28,274 bases of DNA from Parcubacteria group bacterium CG08_land_8_20_14_0_20_43_9. GTDB taxonomy: Bacteria; Patescibacteriota; Minisyncoccia; Minisyncoccales; PEYH01. Of the stretch, positions 8,698-16,297 are shown piece after piece. Each line of letters begins with the position of its first letter. Within the stretch, counting starts at the first letter, position 1. The stretch lies in NCBI GenBank assembly GCA_002774465.1, contig PEYH01000045.1, forward strand, positions 3,115 through 31,388, given 5' to 3'. Below the pieces are notes generated by a model. The model did not search any database. It had not been told where the DNA came from and saw nothing but the letters and a program-made list of their open reading frames with translations. The position numbers and the translations under genes were made by a program.

Positions 8698-9285
8698 ATG
8701 AACCTTATACCAATGGTTATAGAGAAATCAGGGCAAAGGGAGCGGGTTTATGATATCTATTCCCGGCTTTTAGAAGACAGGATAATCTTTTTGGCCGGAC
8801 CGGTAACGGATATCGGAGCTAATTCCATTATTGCCCAGATGCTTTTTTTAGCCAGCAAGAATCCCAAAAAAGATATCAAGTTATATATCAACAGCCCGGG
8901 CGGTTCAGTCACGGCTGGATTAGCCATCTACGACACCATGCAGTATATCAATTGTCCCATCTCCACGGTTTGCGTCGGTTTGGCCGCCTCTATGGCCGCG
9001 GTCCTGCTGGCCGCAGGAGACAAGGGCAAAAGGTTTGTTCTGCCCAATAGCGAGATTCTGCTCCATCAGGTTGCCGGAGGCGTAAGCGGAGAAGCGGCGG
9101 CCATAGAAATTACGGCCAAGCAGATTATCAAGATAAGGGACAAAATCAACAAGATTCTTTCCAAGCATACAGGCCAGCCGCTGAAAACAATAAGCACCGA
9201 TACGGACAGGGACTTTTATTTATCCGCGCAGGAAGCAAAAGATTACGGGCTGGTTGACGCGGTTATTGAGACAAAAAAGGCCTAA
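8698..9285 (+). CDS. clpP: ATP-dependent Clp protease proteolytic subunit
   Basis: [27 protein letters not shown] (Ser), LHQ (His), TDRD (Asp). Confidence 0.98.
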   Translation: MNLIPMVIEKSGQRERVYDIYSRLLEDRIIFLAGPVTDIGANSIIAQMLFLASKNPKKDIKLYINSPGGSVTAGLAIYDTMQYINCPISTVCVGLAASMAAVLLAAGDKGKRFVLPNSEILLHQVAGGVSGEAAAIEITAKQIIKIRDKINKILSKHTGQPLKTISTDTDRDFYLSAQEAKDYGLVDAVIETKKA

Positions 9286-9299
9286 TTAGGCAAAATTCC

Positions 9300-9328
9300 T
9301 TTACAGACAGCCGCTTTACTGATATCAT
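9300..9328 (+). promoter_or_regulatory. Candidate promoter for rny
   Basis: TTTACA-17bp-TATCAT with TG extended -10. Confidence 0.5.
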
Positions 9329-9429
9329 CATTGTTATCAATGAGAAGTTATTAAAATCATTAATTTGGAATTTGGTAAAATTTGGTAATTAATATCAAAA
9401 AATGATTTGCCAGTTTTCCAGCAGACAAT

Positions 9430-10959
9430 ATGAATCAACTTACCCTACTGATAGCGGGCTTTGTTGGCGCCGGGATAGGAGCAACCTTAGGGTATCTTAT
9501 TCGCCAATCAATCGCCAAAAAACAATTAGGCAGCATAGAGTTAAAGATTCAGAACAAGATAGCTCAAGCCAAGAAAGATGTTGACAGCATACTATCTCAA
9601 GCAGACAGCAAGGCCTCCGAAATAATCAAGAAGGCCAGAACCGAAGAAGAGCTGCGCAAGAGGGAATTTTTGAAAACCGAAAGATTTGTTTTGCAAAGAG
9701 AAAACGCTCTGCAGACAAAAATCACTGACTTGGATGAAAAAGAGAAACTGATTTATCAAAAGGCGGAAGAAATCAAAGAATTAAAAGAAAAATTGCAGGG
9801 GATGATAGACCAGGAAATCGGCAAGCTTGAAAATATTGCCCAGTTCAACAGGGATGAAGCCAAAAATGAGCTCTTGGAAAGGATAGAAAAAGAAGCGCAA
9901 AAAGAAATGATAGAAAGGATGATGCGCTTAGAGCGTGAAGGAGAGGAAAAATTGAAAGAGAGAGCCAAAGAAATAGTAGCCCTGGCTATTCAAAGGTGCG
10001 CTTTGCCGCAAGCCCAGGACATAACCACAACCACGGTTAATCTCCCTTCAGACAAAATCAAGGGGCGGATTATCGGAAAGGAGGGGAGGAATATAAAGGC
10101 GTTTGAAAAGGCAACCGGGATTGAGGTGGTGGTTGACGAAACGCCGGAGGCAATAACTATTTCCGGGTTTAATCCCTACCGGCGCTATATCGCCAAAAGG
10201 GCGATGGAAAAATTGATAGAGGACGGCAGAATACAGCCGGCGAGAATTGAAGAGATAGTGGCCAGGGTGGAGGAAGAAGCGGTTGAGCAGGTGAAGCAGG
10301 CCGGAGACGCGGCCGTTTACGAAACCGGAGTGCTGGATTTGGACCCGAAATTAGTGGAATTGCTTGGACGGCTCCGCTTCAGAACAAGTTTTGGCCAGAA
10401 TGTTCTTTTGCACTCCATAGAGGTTTCGCTTCTAAGCGGGATGCTGGCTGAAGAAATCGGCGCTGATGTAAGGGTGGCGAGAAAAGCGGGATTATTGCAT
10501 GACATCGGCAAGGCCATGGATCATCAGGTTCAGGGGTCGCATACTGATATCGGCATTAAGATTTTGGAGAAATTCGGAGTGGAGAAAGAAACTATCAACG
10601 CCATGAAGTCGCATCATGAGGAATATCCCTACGAGAACATTGAATCACACATAATACAGGCGGCTGACCAGATTTCCGGAGCTCGGCCCGGAGCGAGGAA
10701 AGATACTTTGGAGAATTATCTCAAAAGATTGGGCGACTTGGAGAATATCGCCAATTCCTTTGAAGGAGTGGAAAAAACATATGCTATTCAGGCAGGCAGA
10801 GAATTAAGGGTTTTTGTAAAGCCGGAAGAGATTGATGATTTGGCGAGTGAGCGATTGGCGCGGGATATTGCCAAAAGGATATCAGAGGAGTTAAAATATC
10901 CAGGAGAGATAAAAGTGGTGCTTATCAGGGAAAAAAGGATTATAGAGTACGCCAAGTAA
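9430..10959 (+). CDS. rny: Ribonuclease Y
   Basis: N-terminal TM anchor, coiled coil, KH domain (KGRIIGKEGRNI), HD domain (LLHDIGKA), C-terminal YAIQAGRELRV and YPGEIKVVLIRE. Confidence 0.97.
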   Translation: MNQLTLLIAGFVGAGIGATLGYLIRQSIAKKQLGSIELKIQNKIAQAKKDVDSILSQADSKASEIIKKARTEEELRKREFLKTERFVLQRENALQTKITDLDEKEKLIYQKAEEIKELKEKLQGMIDQEIGKLENIAQFNRDEAKNELLERIEKEAQKEMIERMMRLEREGEEKLKERAKEIVALAIQRCALPQAQDITTTTVNLPSDKIKGRIIGKEGRNIKAFEKATGIEVVVDETPEAITISGFNPYRRYIAKRAMEKLIEDGRIQPARIEEIVARVEEEAVEQVKQAGDAAVYETGVLDLDPKLVELLGRLRFRTSFGQNVLLHSIEVSLLSGMLAEEIGADVRVARKAGLLHDIGKAMDHQVQGSHTDIGIKILEKFGVEKETINAMKSHHEEYPYENIESHIIQAADQISGARPGARKDTLENYLKRLGDLENIANSFEGVEKTYAIQAGRELRVFVKPEEIDDLASERLARDIAKRISEELKYPGEIKVVLIREKRIIEYAK

Positions 10960-11020
10960 TCCTGAATAAACGGTGGTCAAATTATAAAGGTCGAGTTTAT
11001 AAGTTAAAGAAATCAAAAAG

Positions 11021-11293
11021 ATGACAAAACAAGATTTAGTTGACGTTTTGGCGCAAAAGGCAGGTATTTCCAAGGCAGCGGCCGGCGAATGCTTAAATGT
11101 GATACTGGACGAAATCGGCAAGGCCTTGGTAAAGGGACAGGAAGTTGTCCTGACTGGTTTCGGCAAGTTTATGGTTGGGAAGAGGAAAGCCAGAACAGGC
11201 AGGAATCCTCAAACAGGAGCAACTATCAAGATTGCGGCGGCCAAAGTCCCGAGATTTAAGGCCGGAAAAGCGTTGAAAGATTTAGTTAAGTAA
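11021..11293 (+). CDS. hup: HU family DNA-binding protein
   Basis: MTKQDLV, LTGFGKF, RKARTGRNPQTG, VPRFKAGKALKD. Confidence 0.97.
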   Translation: MTKQDLVDVLAQKAGISKAAAGECLNVILDEIGKALVKGQEVVLTGFGKFMVGKRKARTGRNPQTGATIKIAAAKVPRFKAGKALKDLVK

Positions 11294-11305
11294 ATCTTTT
11301 TTCCC

Positions 11306-11343
11306 TAAACCAAAAATCCGCTCTTCAGCGGATTTTTGGTTTA
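11306..11343. terminator. Bidirectional intrinsic terminator between HU and the tRNA operon
   Basis: Perfect 17-bp inverted repeat TAAACCAAAAATCCGCT-cttc-AGCGGATTTTTGGTTTA between convergent units. Confidence 0.85.
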
Positions 11344-11345
11344 AA

Positions 11346-11416
11346 AGCGGGAGACGGGAATCGAACCCGCATTAACAGATTGGAAATCTGGAGTTCTGCC
11401 ATTGAACTACTCCCGC
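11346..11416 (-). tRNA. tRNA-Gly(TCC), CCA not encoded
   Basis: GCGGGAG/CTCCCGC acceptor, U73, anticodon loop TTTCCAA, TTCGATT T-loop. Confidence 0.95.
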
Positions 11417-11436
11417 ATTCGGGGGGCCCGGACTTG

Positions 11437-11466
11437 CCTGTCCCAGGCGGGTCCGCCTTGGGCGGA
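11437..11466 (-). repeat. 30-nt GC-rich palindromic insert in the T-loop of the tRNA shell
   Basis: TCCGCC-CAA-GGCGGA hairpin plus CCCG and CCTG-GGA-CAGG; removing it restores TTCAAGT. Confidence 0.75.
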
Positions 11467-11510
11467 AACCGGGAATCTTTCGCTCCTGCACCCGCCTAAT
11501 TTTTGCGCAT

Positions 11511-11581
11511 TCGGGGTGCTGGGAATTGAACCCAGTCTGCGTACTCCCAAAGCACGAGTACTACCGGTATACGACACCCCG
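11511..11581 (-). tRNA. tRNA-Pro(TGG), CCA not encoded, nested in the shell
   Basis: CGGGGTG/CACCCCG acceptor, A73, anticodon arm CGTGC-TTTGGGA-GTACG, CTGGG-TTCAATT-CCCAG. Confidence 0.93.
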
Positions 11582-11639
11582 AAAATTTTGGCGGGCAGGA
11601 GCGAAAATGTCAACCATTACACCACCCCCCGCAATTATG

Positions 11640-11668
11640 ATGTTAGTGGAAAAGCAGCGGTTTGTGAA
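11640..11668 (-). promoter_or_regulatory. Candidate promoter for the shell/Pro/Gly tRNA unit
   Basis: TTCACA(11668-11663)-17bp-TAACAT(11645-11640); start predicted near 11633, just before shell base 1. Confidence 0.5.
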
Positions 11669-11724
11669 GAGGTTTCTTGATTTTCCCGATTATGTTAAAA
11701 TATATCAATATGTAAAATGCGCTT

Positions 11725-12681
11725 GTGGACAACATCCTTTTTCAATTTAACATTTTCGCCCAATGCAGAAAATATCAAGTCCCGCTGGGGCAGTGTCCCC
11801 AATTCCTGTTTTTGGTTATGGGCATAATTATTATCGTTGCCAGCGTTTCATTTTACGCAATAGGCGAAAGATATGTGTCAGACCCGAGAATAGTGGCGTT
11901 AGTCATTTTAGTGGTCTCCATAACCCTGCTTGTTATTGCCTTTACTATTACCCGCAGTTTTGAGGATTTGGCAGAAGCCAACAGAATGAAGGCCGAGTTT
12001 GTGAACATAGTTTCCCATCAGCTTAGAGCCCCCCTGACCAATTTGAGATGGGCCACCCAATTTTTATCATCCGGAGAGTTTTCAACAGTGGCTAAAACAT
12101 TAGCCACTGGCAAGGAATCGGAATATTTTGAGATTATAAAAGATAATTCTCACAGGATGGAACAGCTGATTGACGATTTGCTTACTATCACCCGCCTGAA
12201 AGAGGGCAGAGCCGACACCAAGAAAACGAAATTTTCATTGGCCGGAGTGGTCAGGGGCGTGATAGATGAAGCCCGGCCCTTTATGAAGGCATCTAATATC
12301 TCGATTGAATTAAAGGAAGAGAAAAATACGCCGCTGGTCTTTTCAAGTTATCCCTTGACAAAGATAGTGGTTGAGAACTTTGTGAACAATGCTATCAATT
12401 ACAGCAAGAGAGGAGGGAAAGTAGCCATAGAGATCAGGCCGCTGCCCAAAAGAGTTGAGTTCAGAATAACAGACAATGGAATTGGCATTCCAGCCGGAGA
12501 CCAAAAATATATTTTCGAAAAGTTTTTTCGGGCTAAAAATGCCGACAAGGCGTCTATCTACGGCACGGGATTGGGGCTTTTCATCGCGAAACTGGTTATT
12601 GATGAGATGAAGGGGAAAATTTGGTTCAAATCCCGGGAGAATCAAGGAACGACCTTTTATTTTACTCTGCCAACGAGTTAA
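11725..12681 (+). CDS. Sensor histidine kinase (2 TM, HisKA, HATPase_c)
   Basis: H-box FVNIVSHQLRAPLT, N-box NFVNNAINYS, G1 DNGIGIP, G2 GTGLGL. Confidence 0.95.
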   Translation: MDNILFQFNIFAQCRKYQVPLGQCPQFLFLVMGIIIIVASVSFYAIGERYVSDPRIVALVILVVSITLLVIAFTITRSFEDLAEANRMKAEFVNIVSHQLRAPLTNLRWATQFLSSGEFSTVAKTLATGKESEYFEIIKDNSHRMEQLIDDLLTITRLKEGRADTKKTKFSLAGVVRGVIDEARPFMKASNISIELKEEKNTPLVFSSYPLTKIVVENFVNNAINYSKRGGKVAIEIRPLPKRVEFRITDNGIGIPAGDQKYIFEKFFRAKNADKASIYGTGLGLFIAKLVIDEMKGKIWFKSRENQGTTFYFTLPTS

Positions 12682-12704
12682 TCATTAATCATTAATCATT
12701 AATT
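12677..12704 (+). repeat. (ATTAATY)x4 heptamer repeat spanning the kinase stop codon
   Basis: GTTAATC ATTAATC ATTAATC ATTAATT; same unit as 8652-8686. Confidence 0.9.
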
Positions 12705-12713
12705 ATTACCATT

Positions 12714-13097
12714 ATGAGCAAAATTTTACTGATAGAAGATGAGGTAGCGCTTCAAAAAACCCTTGGTGAATCGTTAAAGTCCAGAAAGCATGAAGTGCAG
12801 TCGGCGTTAGACGGCGAAGCAGGATTACGTTTGGCGAAGAGCGGGAAGCCGGACCTCATCCTTTTAGACCTGATTCTTCCCAAGAAGCACGGGCTGGATG
12901 TCCTGAAAGAGTTGAGGAAAGATGATGAAACTTCCAATATTCCGGTGATAATTTTAACCAATCTGGAGAATGTCGGGGAGGTGGAAAGCGCCATTGAACT
13001 TGGAGCGACCACTTATCTTGTGAAGGCGAATTACAGCTTAAATGAGGTCATTGAAAAAGTGGAAGAAGCGCTTAAGAAGAGCGCTCAATCTGATTAA
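12714..13097 (+). CDS. Single-domain response regulator (receiver only)
   Basis: ILLIEDE, DLILLDLILP, VIILTN, YLVKAN; 127 aa, no output domain. Confidence 0.95.
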   Translation: MSKILLIEDEVALQKTLGESLKSRKHEVQSALDGEAGLRLAKSGKPDLILLDLILPKKHGLDVLKELRKDDETSNIPVIILTNLENVGEVESAIELGATTYLVKANYSLNEVIEKVEEALKKSAQSD

Positions 13098-13123
13098 AAA
13101 CATTAAGAGATTTTTTATTCCCT

Positions 13124-14878
13124 ATGAAGCTTGACGCCAAAAGGTTAAAGGCATTTATTTTGGACGCAGAATTGCTGACCAAGGAGCAGTTCGGGAAGGT
13201 TGAAAAGATAGCCAGGACCGATAATCAAAAAGTGGAGGATGTTTTGGTTTCCCACAGCTTTATCTCTCCGGACGATTTGGCCCGCCTTAAGGCCTATATC
13301 CTCGGAATACCGTTTATCAGCTTAGAGCAGGCCATTATCCCGGCTGACGTTCTTGAGGTTATCCCCGAGCCGATAGCCCGCGCTAACAATATAGTCGCTT
13401 TTAGAAAGGACAAGAAAAATCTGGAAGTAGCCATGATTGACCCGGACGACTTGCAAACCATAGAGTTTATTAAAAAGAAGTCCGATTTAAGGATTCTCCC
13501 CCGCCTGACTTCCCCAGAAGGAATTAAAGCTGTTTTGGCTCAATACAGAAAAACCTTGAAGGCGGAATTTCGGGATATGATTAAAAAGGACGCTGGCGGA
13601 GTAAAGATGATTTCCCCAAGAAAAGAGTTTGGGGATAAAGAGGGGCAGAATCTCAAGAAAGTGGCCGAGGAGCTGCCGGTTATAAGAATCGTTGACACTC
13701 TTTTAAGGCACGCGGTTTTAGACAGGGCATCAGATGTTCATATCGAGCCGACCGAGAAAGAGGTCTTAGTGCGCTACAGGATTGACGGCATTCTCCATGA
13801 TGCCATGACTTTGCCGAAGCAGGTGGCTCCGGGCATTGTGGCAAGAATCAAAGTGCTTTCCAATTTAAAATTAGACGAACATCGTCTGCCTCAAGACGGG
13901 CGCTTTAAGTTCAAGAGCGACAATGACAAATATTCAGTCAGGGTTTCGGTCCTCCCTGTTTTAACCGGCGAAAAAGTAGTAATGCGGCTTTTAGCCGAGG
14001 GGGCCAAGGGTCATTCATTAGAGGAACTCGGCCTTAACGGCGACGCGCTGGAGCATATTTATTCGGCGATTAAAAGGCCTACGGGAATGATCTTAGTGAC
14101 CGGCCCGACTGGATGCGGAAAAACCACCACCCTGTATTCAATCTTGGAAATATTGAATACTCCGGAGATAAATATATGCACGGTAGAGGACCCGATTGAA
14201 TACCGGATACCAAGGGTTAATCAAACTCAAGTTTTCCCCAAAATCGGCCTTACTTTTTCCAGCGGTTTGAGGTCTTTGTTAAGACAAGACCCGGATATTA
14301 TGATGGTTGGCGAAATCAGGGACACTGAAACCGCCTCTTTGGCGGTCAACGCCGCGCTGACCGGACACTTGGTGCTGTCAACTCTTCACACCAATGACGC
14401 CGCCGGCGCCATTCCCCGGTTGATAGATATGAAAATAGAGCCGTTTTTAATCGCCTCCACTCTTAATGTTATTTTAGCCCAGCTCTTGGTCAGGCGGCTA
14501 TGCGATTCTAAAGAAGAATATACGCCGACCGAGGCGGTCATAAAAAGCTTGTCTAAGCAATGCGATTATCAGCGTTTTATCAGGGCGCTAAAAGAGGATA
14601 AAATAATAAAGCCCAAACAAGAAATTTCAGACATTAATTTTTATCACCCAAAGAAGAGCAAATCGTGTCTGGAGGGCTATTGGGGCAGGAGCGGAATTTT
14701 TGAGGTCTTGCCCATTACCGAATCGATTAGAAAATTGATTGATGAGGGCGTTTTTTCTGAGAAAATTAAAAATCAAGCAGTCAAAGAAGGCATGAGAACA
14801 ATGGTGGAAGATGGCCTGGTCAAGGCGGCCTTGGGAGTGACCACTGTTGAAGAGGTATTGAGAGTGGTAATGGAATAA
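13124..14878 (+). CDS. pilB: Type IV pilus/T2SS assembly ATPase (PilB/GspE family)
   Basis: ASDVHIEP, RLPQDGR, Walker A GPTGCGKTTT, TVEDPIEY, LRQDPDIMMVGEIRD, TGHLVLSTLHTNDA. Confidence 0.95.
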   Translation: MKLDAKRLKAFILDAELLTKEQFGKVEKIARTDNQKVEDVLVSHSFISPDDLARLKAYILGIPFISLEQAIIPADVLEVIPEPIARANNIVAFRKDKKNLEVAMIDPDDLQTIEFIKKKSDLRILPRLTSPEGIKAVLAQYRKTLKAEFRDMIKKDAGGVKMISPRKEFGDKEGQNLKKVAEELPVIRIVDTLLRHAVLDRASDVHIEPTEKEVLVRYRIDGILHDAMTLPKQVAPGIVARIKVLSNLKLDEHRLPQDGRFKFKSDNDKYSVRVSVLPVLTGEKVVMRLLAEGAKGHSLEELGLNGDALEHIYSAIKRPTGMILVTGPTGCGKTTTLYSILEILNTPEINICTVEDPIEYRIPRVNQTQVFPKIGLTFSSGLRSLLRQDPDIMMVGEIRDTETASLAVNAALTGHLVLSTLHTNDAAGAIPRLIDMKIEPFLIASTLNVILAQLLVRRLCDSKEEYTPTEAVIKSLSKQCDYQRFIRALKEDKIIKPKQEISDINFYHPKKSKSCLEGYWGRSGIFEVLPITESIRKLIDEGVFSEKIKNQAVKEGMRTMVEDGLVKAALGVTTVEEVLRVVME

Positions 14879-14885
14879 TAGAATT

Positions 14886-15006
14886 CCAAAACCCAAAACC
14901 CAAAACCCAAAATTAAAAATCAGAAGTTCCAGTTAAAAGTAAGGGAATAAAACACTTTTGGACTTAATGCTGAAATTTTTAACTTTTAATTTTTAACTTT
15001 TAATTT
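14886..15006. repeat. (CCAAAAC)x3-4 tract and downstream T-rich tract between pilB and pilC
   Basis: CCAAAAC CCAAAAC CCAAAAC CCAAAAT, then tttttaacttttaatttttaacttttaattt. Confidence 0.8.
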
Positions 15007-15011
15007 ATATC

Positions 15012-16220
15012 GTGACTATCTATTCCTACATCGCCAAATCATTTGAAGGGAAAGACAGAAAAGGGACGGCCAAGGCCGGCAGCAAAAAAGAATTAGCTGT
15101 CCTGCTTAAACAGGATGGATTTTTTTTGGTTTCCGCAAAAGCAGTTAAAGCATCGGAAAAGAGGAAATTTTCTTTAGGGTTAAAATATGTTTCCCTGACA
15201 GACAAGCTGATGGCGACTCGAAATTTGCAGGTGATGATTGCCGCCGGGGTTTCTTTGCCAAGGGCCCTAGAAATCCTTAGCGCTCAAGCCAAGAGCAAAT
15301 ATTTCAAGAAAATTTTGGTTGACATAAAGGACGAGATTATAAAAGGGACGGCTTTCTCGGTTGCCCTGAAGAAATACCCCAGGATTTTTCCTGAAATATA
15401 TCACAGCATGATTCAGGTTGGAGAAAAAACAGGCAAAATGGAAGAAATTCTCAATATCCTTACCCTTCAGCTTGAAAGGGTCTATGAATTGCGCTCAAAA
15501 ATAAGGGGAGCGATGGTTTATCCGGCGGTCATAGTCGCAGCAATGCTTATCATAGGAGTTATTATGCTGGTCAAGGTTGTCCCTCAGCTTAGCAAGACAT
15601 TTCAGGAATTGGAGATTAATCTTCCTCCGATGACCTTGTTTGTGGTTGGCCTCGGCGATTTTCTCGCGCATAGATGGTATTTGGTTATAGCGATATTGTC
15701 GCTGCTGATTTTTGGGATGGCGGCGCTCTTAAGAAACAAAGTCGGAAAAAGATATTTTGACGCTTGGCTTTTGAAAATTCCAGTAATCTCAAGGCTGATT
15801 AAAAAGATTAATTGCGCCTATACTTCCCTGACGCTTAGCGCCTTGATTCAAGGAGGGGTCCCTATCGTCACTGCCTTAGGGATCTCGGCTGGCGCGGTAA
15901 CTAATACTTATTTTAAGGAAGCGCTTAAGGACGCGGCTAAAAGAGTCCAGGAAGGAGAGCGGTTGTCCAAATCAATGTCCAAATTCCCTAACTTATACTC
16001 CAATCTTTTTCTGCAAATGCTGCGAGTGGGCGAGGAAACCGGTGAAACATCAAGCATGCTTGCCAAATTAGCAGATTTTTTTGAGGACCAGGTAAATAAT
16101 GTCACCAAGAATCTATCTTCCATTATAGAACCGGTTCTTTTGCTTTTTATCGGAGTGGTGGTGGCATTTTTCGCGGTAGCTATGGTTCAGCCGATTTATT
16201 CAATAATGTCAGGAATGTGA
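15012..16220 (+). CDS. pilC: Type IV pilus/T2SS inner-membrane platform protein (PilC/GspF)
   Basis: Two T2SSF repeats: MIQVGEKTGKM, KIRGAMVYP, QMLRVGEETG, SIIEPVLLL. GTG start. Confidence 0.95.
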   Translation: MTIYSYIAKSFEGKDRKGTAKAGSKKELAVLLKQDGFFLVSAKAVKASEKRKFSLGLKYVSLTDKLMATRNLQVMIAAGVSLPRALEILSAQAKSKYFKKILVDIKDEIIKGTAFSVALKKYPRIFPEIYHSMIQVGEKTGKMEEILNILTLQLERVYELRSKIRGAMVYPAVIVAAMLIIGVIMLVKVVPQLSKTFQELEINLPPMTLFVVGLGDFLAHRWYLVIAILSLLIFGMAALLRNKVGKRYFDAWLLKIPVISRLIKKINCAYTSLTLSALIQGGVPIVTALGISAGAVTNTYFKEALKDAAKRVQEGERLSKSMSKFPNLYSNLFLQMLRVGEETGETSSMLAKLADFFEDQVNNVTKNLSSIIEPVLLLFIGVVVAFFAVAMVQPIYSIMSGM

Positions 16221-16228
16221 GAGGGCGC

Positions 16229-16274
16229 AAAACGGAAAACGGAAACCGTAAAATAAAATACAAAATACAAAATC
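16229..16274 (+). repeat. Degenerate heptamer tract between pilC and the first minor pilin
   Basis: AAAACGG AAAACGG AAACCGT ... AAAATAC AAAATAC AAAATC. Confidence 0.7.
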
Positions 16275-16297
16275 ATAAAGAGCAAGGTCGCAACCTT

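Larger units (their letters stand above)
11419..11631 (-). ncRNA. tRNA-Pro-like shell interrupted in the anticodon arm (encloses tRNA-Pro(TGG)) and in the T-loop
   Basis: 5' half 11631-11601 CGGGGGG TG GTGT AATGGTTG ACAT T TTCGC; 3' half GCGAA AGATT CCCGG TT[30 nt]CAAGT CCGGG CCCCCCG A (11483-11419). All four stems pair; C1-G72/A73 are Pro identity bases; no anticodon loop. Confidence 0.8.

Noticed and set aside
11419-11631. Shell interpreted as tmRNA, or insert as a group I intron
   Set aside because: It has a D-stem and Pro identity with no G3:U70 or tag ORF. The insert is about 115 nt, mostly the inner tRNA, too short for a group I core.
11402-11750. Short ORFs 11402-11680, 11407-11613 and 11526-11750
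   Set aside because: They overlap the tRNA/shell locus and have no protein features.
16217-16297. Track N-terminus of the large prepilin
   Set aside because: It merely translates the heptamer tract; ATG 16298 gives a normal short leader before G|FTLIE.
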